Assembly: GCA_001464585.1 (NCBI GenBank)
Contig: LNFF01000022.1
Coordinates: 79,107 to 143,106 of the forward strand
Length of the DNA: 64,000 nucleotides
DNA from: Gammaproteobacteria bacterium Ga0077554
GTDB taxonomy: Bacteria; Pseudomonadota; Gammaproteobacteria; Ga0077554; Ga007554
Direction: 5' to 3'
Part shown: piece by piece, positions 26,240-34,196 of the stretch
Position numbering within the stretch: position 1 is the first letter of the stretch
Layout: each line of letters starts with the position of its first letter
Made by a program: the position numbers and the translations under genes
Notes under the pieces: model-generated
The model's input: the letters and a program-made list of their open reading frames with translations, nothing else
Told to the model about the DNA's origin: nothing
The model's database searches: none

Positions 26240-27985
26240 ATGCTCACACACATTCACATACGCGACTTCACCATCATCGACCAACTGGAACTGGATCTCG
26301 AAAATGGCATGACCGTGCTTACCGGCGAAACCGGGGCAGGCAAGTCCATCATCATAGATGCGCTGAATCTGGTGCTGGGGGACCGCGCCGACAGCGGCGT
26401 GGTGCGTCACGGCTGCGCACGCACTGACATCAGCGCCACGTTTGACATCAGCGCCATCACTGCTGCCCAGGCATGGCTGGCGGAACAGGAGATGGACGCT
26501 GAAGATAATAGCGAGTGCGTGCTGCGCCGCACCGTCACCAATGAAGGCCGCTCGAAGGGCTATATTAACGGCAGCGCTGTGCCCATCCAGTCATTGCAAA
26601 CACTCGGAGATAAACTGGTAGACATTCATGGCCAGCATGAACATCAATCGTTGCTTAAAAACGATATGCAGCGCCAGTTACTCGATGATTATGCCGGCCA
26701 CGCAAATCTGCTCACACAACTCGCCGCCACCTACCGCCAATGGAAAACTGTGGGGGCTGAGCTGGATACGTTGCGCAGTGCCACGCAAGACCGTGATACG
26801 CGCCTCGACATGTTGCGCTATCAGGTACACGAGCTTGAAACACTGGCGTTGAGTGAGAATGAAGTCAACGCACTCGAAGAAGAGCGCACACGCCTGGCAA
26901 ACTCCGGGCGCCTGCTCGACACCTGTCAAACGGCGCTGCATAACCTTTACGAAAGCGATGCAAATGACATCTTCACCGTATTGGGCCGCACCTTGGGCGA
27001 GCTGGAACAACTGCGGACGCTCGATAGCCGCTTGTCCAGCGCCTGTGACCTGCTCAACAGCGCACATGTGCAGATTGAAGAAAGTGCCAACGAGCTGCGA
27101 CATTACCGCGACACTCTTGATCTTGATCCGGCGCGCCTGACGTGGGTAGAACAGCGCCTCGACACCATCCATCAACTGGCGCGCAAACACCGCACTGCAC
27201 CGGCAGCACTTGCCGACCTGCTCACCACACTGCAAACTGAATTATCTTCCATTGAACACAGTGATGAGCATCTGCAACATCTGCAAAATCAGCTTGCCGC
27301 CCTGAGCCATACTTATCTCGAACAGGCGCGTCAACTCAGCGCCAGCCGCACGCGTGCCGCGCACGACTTCAGCACCAAAGTCACCGACGGCATGCAGCCG
27401 CTAGGACTGGCGGGCGCGCGTTTTGAAATTGCCTTGCAGCCATTCGCCACCGATGGTCGCTCCCGGCATCCTGCCTCCCGCGACACTAGTGCTTCCATGC
27501 ACGTCGTACCAACGGCCACCGGCATGGAACGCGTGGATTTTCTGGTCAGCACCAATCCCGGCCAGCCCCTCAAGCCATTATCCAAAGTCGCCTCCGGCGG
27601 TGAGCTATCGCGCATCAGCCTCGCCATACAAGTGATCGCTGCACGCAGCAGCCACATCCCAACTTTGATTTTTGATGAGGTTGACACCGGCATCGGTGGC
27701 GGCGTCGCTGAAACCGTGGGGCGGCAATTGCGCACGCTCGGAGAATCCCACCAGGTACTGTGCGTCACCCACCTCCCCCAGGTCGCCGCGCTCGGACATC
27801 ATCACTTGCACGTCACCAAAGAAAGTACAAAAGGCACCACCACCACCCGCATCCGCGCCCTCACCGACACCGCCCGCAACGAAGAAATCGCCCGCATGCT
27901 CGGCGGCGTGGAAATTACCGCCCAAACACGCGCGCACGCCAAAGAAATGATTGGGCAAGCGAAGAAAAAGAAAGCGCGGGCTTAG
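26240..27985 (+). CDS. recN: DNA repair protein RecN
   Basis: N-terminal Walker A GETGAGKS, coiled coil, C-terminal LSGGE / Walker B DEVD; start at ATG 26240 (MLTHIHIRDF) directly after corA stop. Carries an in-frame Family-C insertion. Confidence 0.9.
   Translation: MLTHIHIRDFTIIDQLELDLENGMTVLTGETGAGKSIIIDALNLVLGDRADSGVVRHGCARTDISATFDISAITAAQAWLAEQEMDAEDNSECVLRRTVTNEGRSKGYINGSAVPIQSLQTLGDKLVDIHGQHEHQSLLKNDMQRQLLDDYAGHANLLTQLAATYRQWKTVGAELDTLRSATQDRDTRLDMLRYQVHELETLALSENEVNALEEERTRLANSGRLLDTCQTALHNLYESDANDIFTVLGRTLGELEQLRTLDSRLSSACDLLNSAHVQIEESANELRHYRDTLDLDPARLTWVEQRLDTIHQLARKHRTAPAALADLLTTLQTELSSIEHSDEHLQHLQNQLAALSHTYLEQARQLSASRTRAAHDFSTKVTDGMQPLGLAGARFEIALQPFATDGRSRHPASRDTSASMHVVPTATGMERVDFLVSTNPGQPLKPLSKVASGGELSRISLAIQVIAARSSHIPTLIFDEVDTGIGGGVAETVGRQLRTLGESHQVLCVTHLPQVAALGHHHLHVTKESTKGTTTTRIRALTDTARNEEIARMLGGVEITAQTRAHAKEMIGQAKKKKARA
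27456..27508. repeat. Family-C in-frame coding repeat, copy in recN (opposite orientation)
   Basis: gtcgctcccggcatcctgcctcccgcgacactagtgcttccatgcacgtcg is the reverse complement of the hisG/dabb copies; encodes [17 protein letters not shown] within RecN. Confidence 0.65.
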
Positions 27986-27995
27986 GATGTAAAAG

Positions 27996-28802
27996 TCATT
28001 GCGCCAGCGGTAACTCCACCGGATGCGCATGTTTGAACAAGGTGAAAAAGTTTTCAGTGGTGGCCTGGGCAATTTCAGCTAACGACACACCGCGTAGTGC
28101 GGCAATGTGTTCGGCCACGTGCCGGGTATAGGCGGGTTGATTGGTTCTTCCCCGATGCGGTGCAGGCGCAAGATAAGGCGCGTCTGTTTCGACCAGCATG
28201 CGCTCCAGCGGCATGCGCGTTGCCACGTCTTTTAATTCTTTGGCGCTCTGGAACGTGACTATGCCTGAGAATGAGATGTAAAAATTCAAATCCATGGCCT
28301 GCTGGGCCGTGTCCCAGTCTTCAGTGAAACAATGCATTACCCCACCGACTTCATCCGTACCTTCTTCGCGCAGGATGCGCAGCGTATCGTGTTTGGCTTC
28401 GCGGGTGTGGACGATCAACGGCTTGCCAGTGGCCTTGGCCGCCGCGATGTGGCGGCGAAAGCGCGCGTGCTGCCAAGCCATGTCGCCGCTGTTACGAAAA
28501 TAATCCAACCCTGTTTCACCGATAGCCACTACGCGCGGATCCTGTGCGTGCGTTATCAGGTCATCCACGCTCGGCTCCTGGCCTTCGTGTTCATTAGGGT
28601 GTACGCCGACCGATGCAAATACATGCGGGTATTGATGCGCCAGGGCCAGCACCGCAGGGTACGTTTCAAGGCTTACAGAAACGCACAGCATGTAAGCGAT
28701 GTCCTGCGCATGGGCGTTTTGCATAACGGCATCCATGCCACCCCACGAGGGGTCGAGAAGATCAAGATGGCAGTGGGAATCAACTAATAACAAGGTAGAC
28801 AT
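27996..28802 (-). CDS. tatD: TatD-family metal-dependent hydrolase
   Basis: 268 aa; LVDSHCHLD ... HTR ... ETDAPY motifs. Confidence 0.85.
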   Translation of the reverse strand: MSTLLLVDSHCHLDLLDPSWGGMDAVMQNAHAQDIAYMLCVSVSLETYPAVLALAHQYPHVFASVGVHPNEHEGQEPSVDDLITHAQDPRVVAIGETGLDYFRNSGDMAWQHARFRRHIAAAKATGKPLIVHTREAKHDTLRILREEGTDEVGGVMHCFTEDWDTAQQAMDLNFYISFSGIVTFQSAKELKDVATRMPLERMLVETDAPYLAPAPHRGRTNQPAYTRHVAEHIAALRGVSLAEIAQATTENFFTLFKHAHPVELPLAQ

Positions 28803-28856
28803 AAAGCATCCGGCAGATATAAGCGCGCCATAATAGTAAACGGAATAGCAAATGTA

Positions 28857-29228
28857 TTACATGGTATGGGTAGGACGATCCGCGCTGAGCGCGCCAGCCA
28901 GGTAGGTTTCAATTTTTTTGCGGGCGGTTTCGCTTTCCTGGTCACTGCCAAATTGCACGCCAATGCCAGTAATACGGTTGCCCTGCGCACCTTTGGGGGT
29001 AATCCACACCACGCGCCCGGCCACTGGCAGTTTTTCAGTTTCCTGCATGAGTGTTAGCAGCATAAAAACTTCGTCGCCGATTTTGTAGGGTTTGTTGCTG
29101 GGAATAAACAAGCCACCGTGTTTGATAAATGGCATGTAGGAAGCATACAACGCGCTCTTGTCTCTAATGGCAAGCGATAAAATGCCTTGTCGTTGCGGCG
29201 CTGCTGCGGTTTTATCTTCTTCTGCCAT
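28857..29228 (-). CDS. pilZ: Type IV pilus assembly protein PilZ
   Basis: GILSLAIRDKSALYASYMPFIKHGGLFIP...LPVAGRVVWITPKGAQGNRITGIGVQF closely matches Pseudomonas PilZ; tmk-holB-pilZ-tatD synteny. Confidence 0.85.
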   Translation of the reverse strand: MAEEDKTAAAPQRQGILSLAIRDKSALYASYMPFIKHGGLFIPSNKPYKIGDEVFMLLTLMQETEKLPVAGRVVWITPKGAQGNRITGIGVQFGSDQESETARKKIETYLAGALSADRPTHTM

Positions 29229-29302
29229 GATCCCGATCCACCACCTGTTATATTTTTACCATTCTAACAGAACCGCTCCCGCTGCCCGGAGTTGAACACA
29301 TT

Positions 29303-29455
29303 CTCCAGGGCACCTCTAATAAAAATTCGATCAAGACGCGAGGGCAAGGCGGAAATGCGCGAAAAAGCGCAGTGTACACGTCGTACATGAGCATTTTGAG
29401 CGCATTTCCAACGCAGCCATCGTGGCTTTAGCGGATTTTTAGAGGTACCCTCCAG
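29303..29455. repeat. Family-B ~150-bp structured element, copy B2; its right arm overlaps the holB 3' end
   Basis: ctccagggcacctctaataaaaattcg ... ggcggaaatgcgcgaaaaagcgcagtgtacacgtcgtacatgagcattttgagcgcatttccaacg ... cggatttttagaggtaccctccag; core is 90 % identical to B1. Confidence 0.7.
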
Positions 29456-30423
29456 TTAATCAGAATATCTTCCAGTAACATCTGTGCATTACTCTGACCC
29501 GCCGCGAGGCGCGAGGCCTCTCTGATTTTATCAAGCTGGTCATAAAAGGTTTTCAAGTTTAATTGTTCAGCAAGTGCCTGTAAACGCAAACGCGCATCAG
29601 GATTCGCCAATAGCGGGGGATGCTCCGCTGACTTGAGGCGAATCATATCAATAATATAACTGTGCATCCAATATAGCGTCTCTTTCAGCTCTAACTTCAG
29701 CCAAATCGCCGCTAATGACACAGGTGACACCTGATTGAGCAATAAACGCTCCATGCCGTCGAGCACATTCAGGCGTTGGCTAGTCTGCCCACCCTGTGCC
29801 ATTTGCAACGCCGCGAGCGGCGCTCCACTAGCCAGTGCCAATAATAATGCGGCATCATGATCTGGGCCCAGTTGTGCGGCCAGCCAGGAAGCGGCAACTT
29901 TTTGGGCGGGAAGTGTACAGGTGATGCGCTGGCAGCGGCTGCGCAAGGTTGCAGGCAGAGCCGTGGCGTTGTTGGCAACCAGCATCAATAATGACCGGGG
30001 CGCCGGTTCTTCCAGTGTTTTAAGCAGGCTGTTGGCCGCCTGTGTGTTCATGCACTCAGCGGGAGAAATAACAACCACTTTATAACCGGAGTAATGCGCT
30101 TTCATATTCAGATTAGCACTGATCTCACGCACCTGGTCAACGCCAATTATTTTTTTGTCTTCCAGCAATCCCACCCAATGATTATCCGGGTGAGTGCCCG
30201 CCTGATTAAGCAGGCAACCACGGCAGGCGCCGCACGGTCTGGCGTCGGCAGAAAGATGCTCGCACAATACGGCGCGCGCAAACGTCTGGGCAAAAGATTC
30301 TTTACCGATCCCCTGCGGGCCAGTCAGCAACATGGCATGTGGCAAGCGGTCTTCATGCAGACGCTGCATCAGCCCTTGCCATAGGGTGTGTTGCCACGGG
30401 AATACTTGATTGCTGCTGATCAT
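29428..30423 (-). CDS. holB: DNA polymerase III subunit delta-prime
   Basis: AAA+ clamp-loader fold, [13 protein letters not shown]; zinc module CGACRGC; last six codons (VPLKIR*) lie within repeat B2. Confidence 0.85.
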   Translation of the reverse strand: MISSNQVFPWQHTLWQGLMQRLHEDRLPHAMLLTGPQGIGKESFAQTFARAVLCEHLSADARPCGACRGCLLNQAGTHPDNHWVGLLEDKKIIGVDQVREISANLNMKAHYSGYKVVVISPAECMNTQAANSLLKTLEEPAPRSLLMLVANNATALPATLRSRCQRITCTLPAQKVAASWLAAQLGPDHDAALLLALASGAPLAALQMAQGGQTSQRLNVLDGMERLLLNQVSPVSLAAIWLKLELKETLYWMHSYIIDMIRLKSAEHPPLLANPDARLRLQALAEQLNLKTFYDQLDKIREASRLAAGQSNAQMLLEDILINWRVPLKIR

Positions 30424-31079
30424 AATGTAGCAAAAAAATCGGTAAGCACCGTCTGGATATTTTTTTGCACATCCTCTAGCGGTTGCGCGGCATCAATCAC
30501 CCGGTAACGCGCGGGATGTTGCTGCGCCAGTGCCAAATACGCCAGGCGCACCCGTTCAAAAAAAGCCGCCTGCTCGGATTCAAAACGGTCTGGGGCGCTG
30601 CGCTGTCCGGCGCGCTGCAAACCTTCGGCCACTGGTAAATCCAGCAACAGCGTTAAGTCAGGACGCAACGCGCCCTGCACCCATTCTTCAAGTGTGGCAA
30701 TACGCTCACTGGAAATGCCTCGCCCCCCTCCCTGATACGCATAAGTGGCATCGGTAAAACGATCGCACAACACCCATGCGCCTGCCTCGAGTGCGGGGAG
30801 AATAACCCGCGCCAGATGCTCGGCGCGTGCCGCAAACATCAGCAGCAATTCGGTGTCGCTGGACATGCCATCTTCACGGCGCTCCAGCAACAGGCCGCGA
30901 ATCTGCTCCGCCAGCGGCGTGCCACCCGGCTCGCGGGTGACTATCACCGTGTGGCCCGACATTTCAATGCAACGGCGGATGAATTCACGATTGGTGGTTT
31001 TCCCCACGCCTTCGGCGCCTTCAAGCGTAATGAATTTTCCGCGCCTTGCAGTAATATGAGGGGGTGACGGTGCCATCAA
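30420..31079 (-). CDS. tmk: Thymidylate kinase
   Basis: [15 protein letters not shown]-loop, DRF motif. Confidence 0.9.
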   Translation of the reverse strand: MMAPSPPHITARRGKFITLEGAEGVGKTTNREFIRRCIEMSGHTVIVTREPGGTPLAEQIRGLLLERREDGMSSDTELLLMFAARAEHLARVILPALEAGAWVLCDRFTDATYAYQGGGRGISSERIATLEEWVQGALRPDLTLLLDLPVAEGLQRAGQRSAPDRFESEQAAFFERVRLAYLALAQQHPARYRVIDAAQPLEDVQKNIQTVLTDFFATL

Positions 31080-31444
31080 CGATCCAATACCTCATGTCGT
31101 GTATGTTCAACAATTTTCAGCACTTCATTGATCAAGGATTTTTCAATGTTCAACTCTTCAAGCGTGGCGCGAAGATGTTGCACCACAATATCAAAATGGG
31201 CACTACCCAAGCCGCGCTGCACCAAACGCGCATGCGCACTGCGCAGATCTTTTCCGGCATAATGCGTCACGCCGCCAAACGCAAAGGTTAAAAAGCCTTT
31301 CTGCTTTTCTATCTGCTGATTAATATCAGTCCCTTCAAAAAACAGCTTGACACGTGGATCGCGTATCACTTTGCGATAAAATATCTCTACCGCCGCATTG
31401 ACAGCGGCCTGTCCTCCGAGTCGGGTATACAAATCTTCGCTCAT
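31076..31444 (-). CDS. glbN: Group-1 truncated haemoglobin
   Basis: LYTRLGG ... FF ... 2/2 haemoglobin fold motifs; start at internal ATG ([11 protein letters not shown]). Confidence 0.75.
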   Translation of the reverse strand: MSEDLYTRLGGQAAVNAAVEIFYRKVIRDPRVKLFFEGTDINQQIEKQKGFLTFAFGGVTHYAGKDLRSAHARLVQRGLGSAHFDIVVQHLRATLEELNIEKSLINEVLKIVEHTRHEVLDR

Positions 31445-31513
31445 GAAATAAACTTTACCCATACCACGTTTAAATTTATCAGCCTGCAAACAGCGGTTCA
31501 GCTTTTTCCAGAA

Positions 31514-32023
31514 TCAAGCATCCGCAGTCTTCTGATAATGCTTTCTGCGAAACAAATCATTACGGCGGCTCACCAGGCGATCAAGAAATAACAGGCCATC
31601 CAGATGGTCTATTTCATGCTGCACCGCGCGCGCCTCATAGCCTTCCAGTTCATGCCGCAATAATGCACCCGATTCGTCGCGCGCTTCAAGCGTAATGCGT
31701 TCGGCGCGCACCACATTACCCGTGTAATCGGGCACGGACATGCAGCCTTCGCGCCCTAGCACATGGCCTTCCCAGGTGATGATTTCAGGATTGATGAGCA
31801 CCAATCGGCCATGGTGCCTGATTTTGGGTTTACTTGAAACATCGACAATCACAATCCGCTGCAAGCGCCCGGTTTGCGGCGCGGCAATGCCCACGCCACC
31901 GGGGCCTGCCCGCATGGTTGCTTCGAGATCAACGATGAAGTTACGCAGCTCGTCATCGAAATGTTCAACTGGTTGCGAGATGCGCTCCAGGCGTTCATCA
32001 GGGTATGTGAGTATTTGCAGCAC
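31514..32023 (-). CDS. def: Peptide deformylase
   Basis: GVGIAAPQ, EGCMSVP, HEIDHLDG motifs. Confidence 0.95.
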   Translation of the reverse strand: MLQILTYPDERLERISQPVEHFDDELRNFIVDLEATMRAGPGGVGIAAPQTGRLQRIVIVDVSSKPKIRHHGRLVLINPEIITWEGHVLGREGCMSVPDYTGNVVRAERITLEARDESGALLRHELEGYEARAVQHEIDHLDGLLFLDRLVSRRNDLFRRKHYQKTADA

Positions 32024-32041
32024 TTGACTAATCTACCCTGG

Positions 32042-32572
32042 CTACCCAAGCATCAGGTCGATCGGCTCAAGCTGCACTTCTATGCCTTTGCCATCCAATA
32101 TCTGCACAGCAGATTCCAGCGCCGCCACGCCTTGCAGGGCACGACCTTCAATTTGCATGATGTAAATGGGTTTGTCTTCGGTGCCTGCGACATCCGATTG
32201 CAGGTCAAGAATGTCCAGCCCGGCGTCAGCCAACACGGTAGTCACCTGCGCGACAATGCCGGCACGGTCGGCACCAAACACGCGGATATGCACATCCGCT
32301 TCCGGGTGACGATGCAGTTGGCCTTCAATTTTATCAACATGCAATTTCAGCCCCAGCGATTCGCACACCGGCGCCGACGTGTTTTCCAGCGCCGCCGTGT
32401 TGCCTGCGTATTGCACCATCAACATCACAGTGAAGTTGCCCCCCAGACGCGTCATGGACGCTTCACCCAGGTTGCAACCACCGTCATACAACGCAGCTGT
32501 AATACGCGCGACAATGGCGGGGCGGTCTTTACCTACGACGGTGAGCATGAACCAGTGGGGTGCTGTTGTCAT
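32042..32572 (-). CDS. Tandem ACT-domain protein (GcvR-like)
   Basis: Two ACT repeats (LTVVGKDRPAIVARIT ... ; RVFGADRAGIVAQVT ...). Confidence 0.55.
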   Translation of the reverse strand: MTTAPHWFMLTVVGKDRPAIVARITAALYDGGCNLGEASMTRLGGNFTVMLMVQYAGNTAALENTSAPVCESLGLKLHVDKIEGQLHRHPEADVHIRVFGADRAGIVAQVTTVLADAGLDILDLQSDVAGTEDKPIYIMQIEGRALQGVAALESAVQILDGKGIEVQLEPIDLMLG

Positions 32573-32585
32573 GACGCATGACTCC

Positions 32586-33380
32586 CTAATGCAATGTTGA
32601 ATGTACGATGTAAATCAATAAAACACCCACACCAATCAGCGTGGCCTGTTGCACGGTGGCGGCGGGTTGCACACGTTTATGCAGGCCGGGTATCAAGTCT
32701 GCCACGGCAATATAAATAAAGCTGGACGCCGCTATCGCCAATATATACGGCAAAATATGTTGCATGTCGCCCAGGCTGAAATAACCCAGCAGCGCGCCCA
32801 CAACCGTGGTCAGGCTGGCTAATATATTATACAGAAAAGCCTTTTTGCGGCTAAATCCGCTGTGCAGCAACACCGCAAAATCGCCCACTTCCTGGGGAAT
32901 TTCATGTGCCGCCACCGCCAGGCTGGTGACCACGCCCAAATGAAAATCCGTCAGAAACGCCGCCGCGATCAAGACACCATCCACAAAGTTGTGGATGCCA
33001 TCGCCAATCAGAATCAAGGTGCCTGCTGCCTGGCCTGTTTGATTGGTGTCGGCATGGGCATGTTCCGGCATATGCGCCTCGCAATGGTCAACATGACAAT
33101 GCCGCCACAACACCATTTTTTCCAGCAGAAAAAAGCCCAGCAGACCCAACAATACAGCCAGGGTGATGTTGTGAAAATCCACCACCCCCGGCCCCGCCAA
33201 CGCATGCGGCAACAGCCCCAAAAACGCCGCACCCAACAACGCGCCCACGGCAAAACTCACAAAATGCGGCAAAGCGCGCGTGCGCCAGGTTTCAGGCATC
33301 AATAAAAAACCGGACGCCGCCACCACACTGAGCGCGCCGCCAAACAGACTAAAAAGAATTATCCAACCAAGAAGGTTCAT
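32586..33380 (-). CDS. zupT: ZIP-family metal transporter (ZupT-like)
   Basis: 8 predicted TMs, His-rich loop HCHVDHCEAHMPEHAH, conserved HE..E motifs. Confidence 0.8.
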   Translation of the reverse strand: MNLLGWIILFSLFGGALSVVAASGFLLMPETWRTRALPHFVSFAVGALLGAAFLGLLPHALAGPGVVDFHNITLAVLLGLLGFFLLEKMVLWRHCHVDHCEAHMPEHAHADTNQTGQAAGTLILIGDGIHNFVDGVLIAAAFLTDFHLGVVTSLAVAAHEIPQEVGDFAVLLHSGFSRKKAFLYNILASLTTVVGALLGYFSLGDMQHILPYILAIAASSFIYIAVADLIPGLHKRVQPAATVQQATLIGVGVLLIYIVHSTLH

Positions 33381-33492
33381 GAGCGAAGAGGTTCAATCTA
33401 TAAATGTGTGGGCATGATACCCTAATATAGGGGTTGCCGCTGGAGTAAAACACGGGGATGTATTGTAAATTATTGATAAATAAATAAAAATC

Positions 33493-33657
33493 TACGCGGC
33501 AAGCTATGGGGCATTTCTATGTCATTCCGAGCACCGCGAGGAATCCTAAGCAAGATCCCTCCCCCGCTTTCGCGCGGGTCGGGATGACAATACACGCAGC
33601 AAGCTGCGGGGAGAGCGTAGCGAGGGGCCCAAACCCGAAGAGATTGAAATGACAAAC
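33493..33657. repeat. Family-A composite repeat R4; left boundary of NACHT cassette
   Basis: ...gcaagctatggggcatttctat gtcattccgagcaccgcgaggaatcc taagcaagatccctcccccgc...gggtcgggatgacaata cacgcagcaagctgcggggagagcgtagcgagg...aaacccgaagagattgaaatgacaaac; same direct orientation and ~85 % identity to R5. Confidence 0.7.
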
Positions 33658-33688
33658 AATGCCGTGGCGTCGCGAATTGGCAAATAAC

Positions 33689-33787
33689 TTCCGGTTGTCG
33701 CGAAGCCAACTTAAAGAAACCGAACAAATTATCGAGGTACACCACGATGAGCTCAAACGCGCTTGGCACAAACACTTCCCAGGTTGA
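33689..33787 (+). pseudogene. DUF4160-family gene remnant (C-terminal 32 codons only); N-terminus replaced by repeat R4
   Basis: FRLSRSQLKETEQIIEVHHDELKRAWHKHFPG* resembles the DUF4160 C-terminus; no start codon; overlaps DUF2442 start as in intact two-gene modules. Confidence 0.45.
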
Positions 33788-34007
33788 AGTCACCCATATT
33801 TCAAATCACGGCGTGTGGCTGTTGGCTCGCGGTCACGAGTTATTCATGTCTTACGAAAAATTTCCATGGTTCAGGGATGCGCCTGTGGGAAAAATCCTGA
33901 ATGTTGAAGAGCCAACGTCAGGGCACTACTACTGGCCGGATCTGGACGTTGATTTAACCGAAGAAATAATCTCGCATCCTGAGCGTTTCCCACTTCAGGC
34001 AAGATAA
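33747..34007 (+). CDS. DUF2442-domain protein
   Basis: 86 aa; ...YWPDLDVDL... motif; usually paired with an upstream DUF4160 gene. Confidence 0.65.
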   Translation: MSSNALGTNTSQVEVTHISNHGVWLLARGHELFMSYEKFPWFRDAPVGKILNVEEPTSGHYYWPDLDVDLTEEIISHPERFPLQAR

Positions 34008-34196
34008 CGCATAACAACTACGCACGCTTGATGCGCTTAACATATTCGCTCTTGATTGTTGGGCTTCGCAGGCTCAGCACCAACCTACCCGCCCAACTTA
34101 CTGCGTTTGTCCAAACGAATAGTGACCTGGGTTAGAATCGTACCTAGCCACGAAATAACATTACGATACCGAATAAATATGACGCGATTGGTTTGC

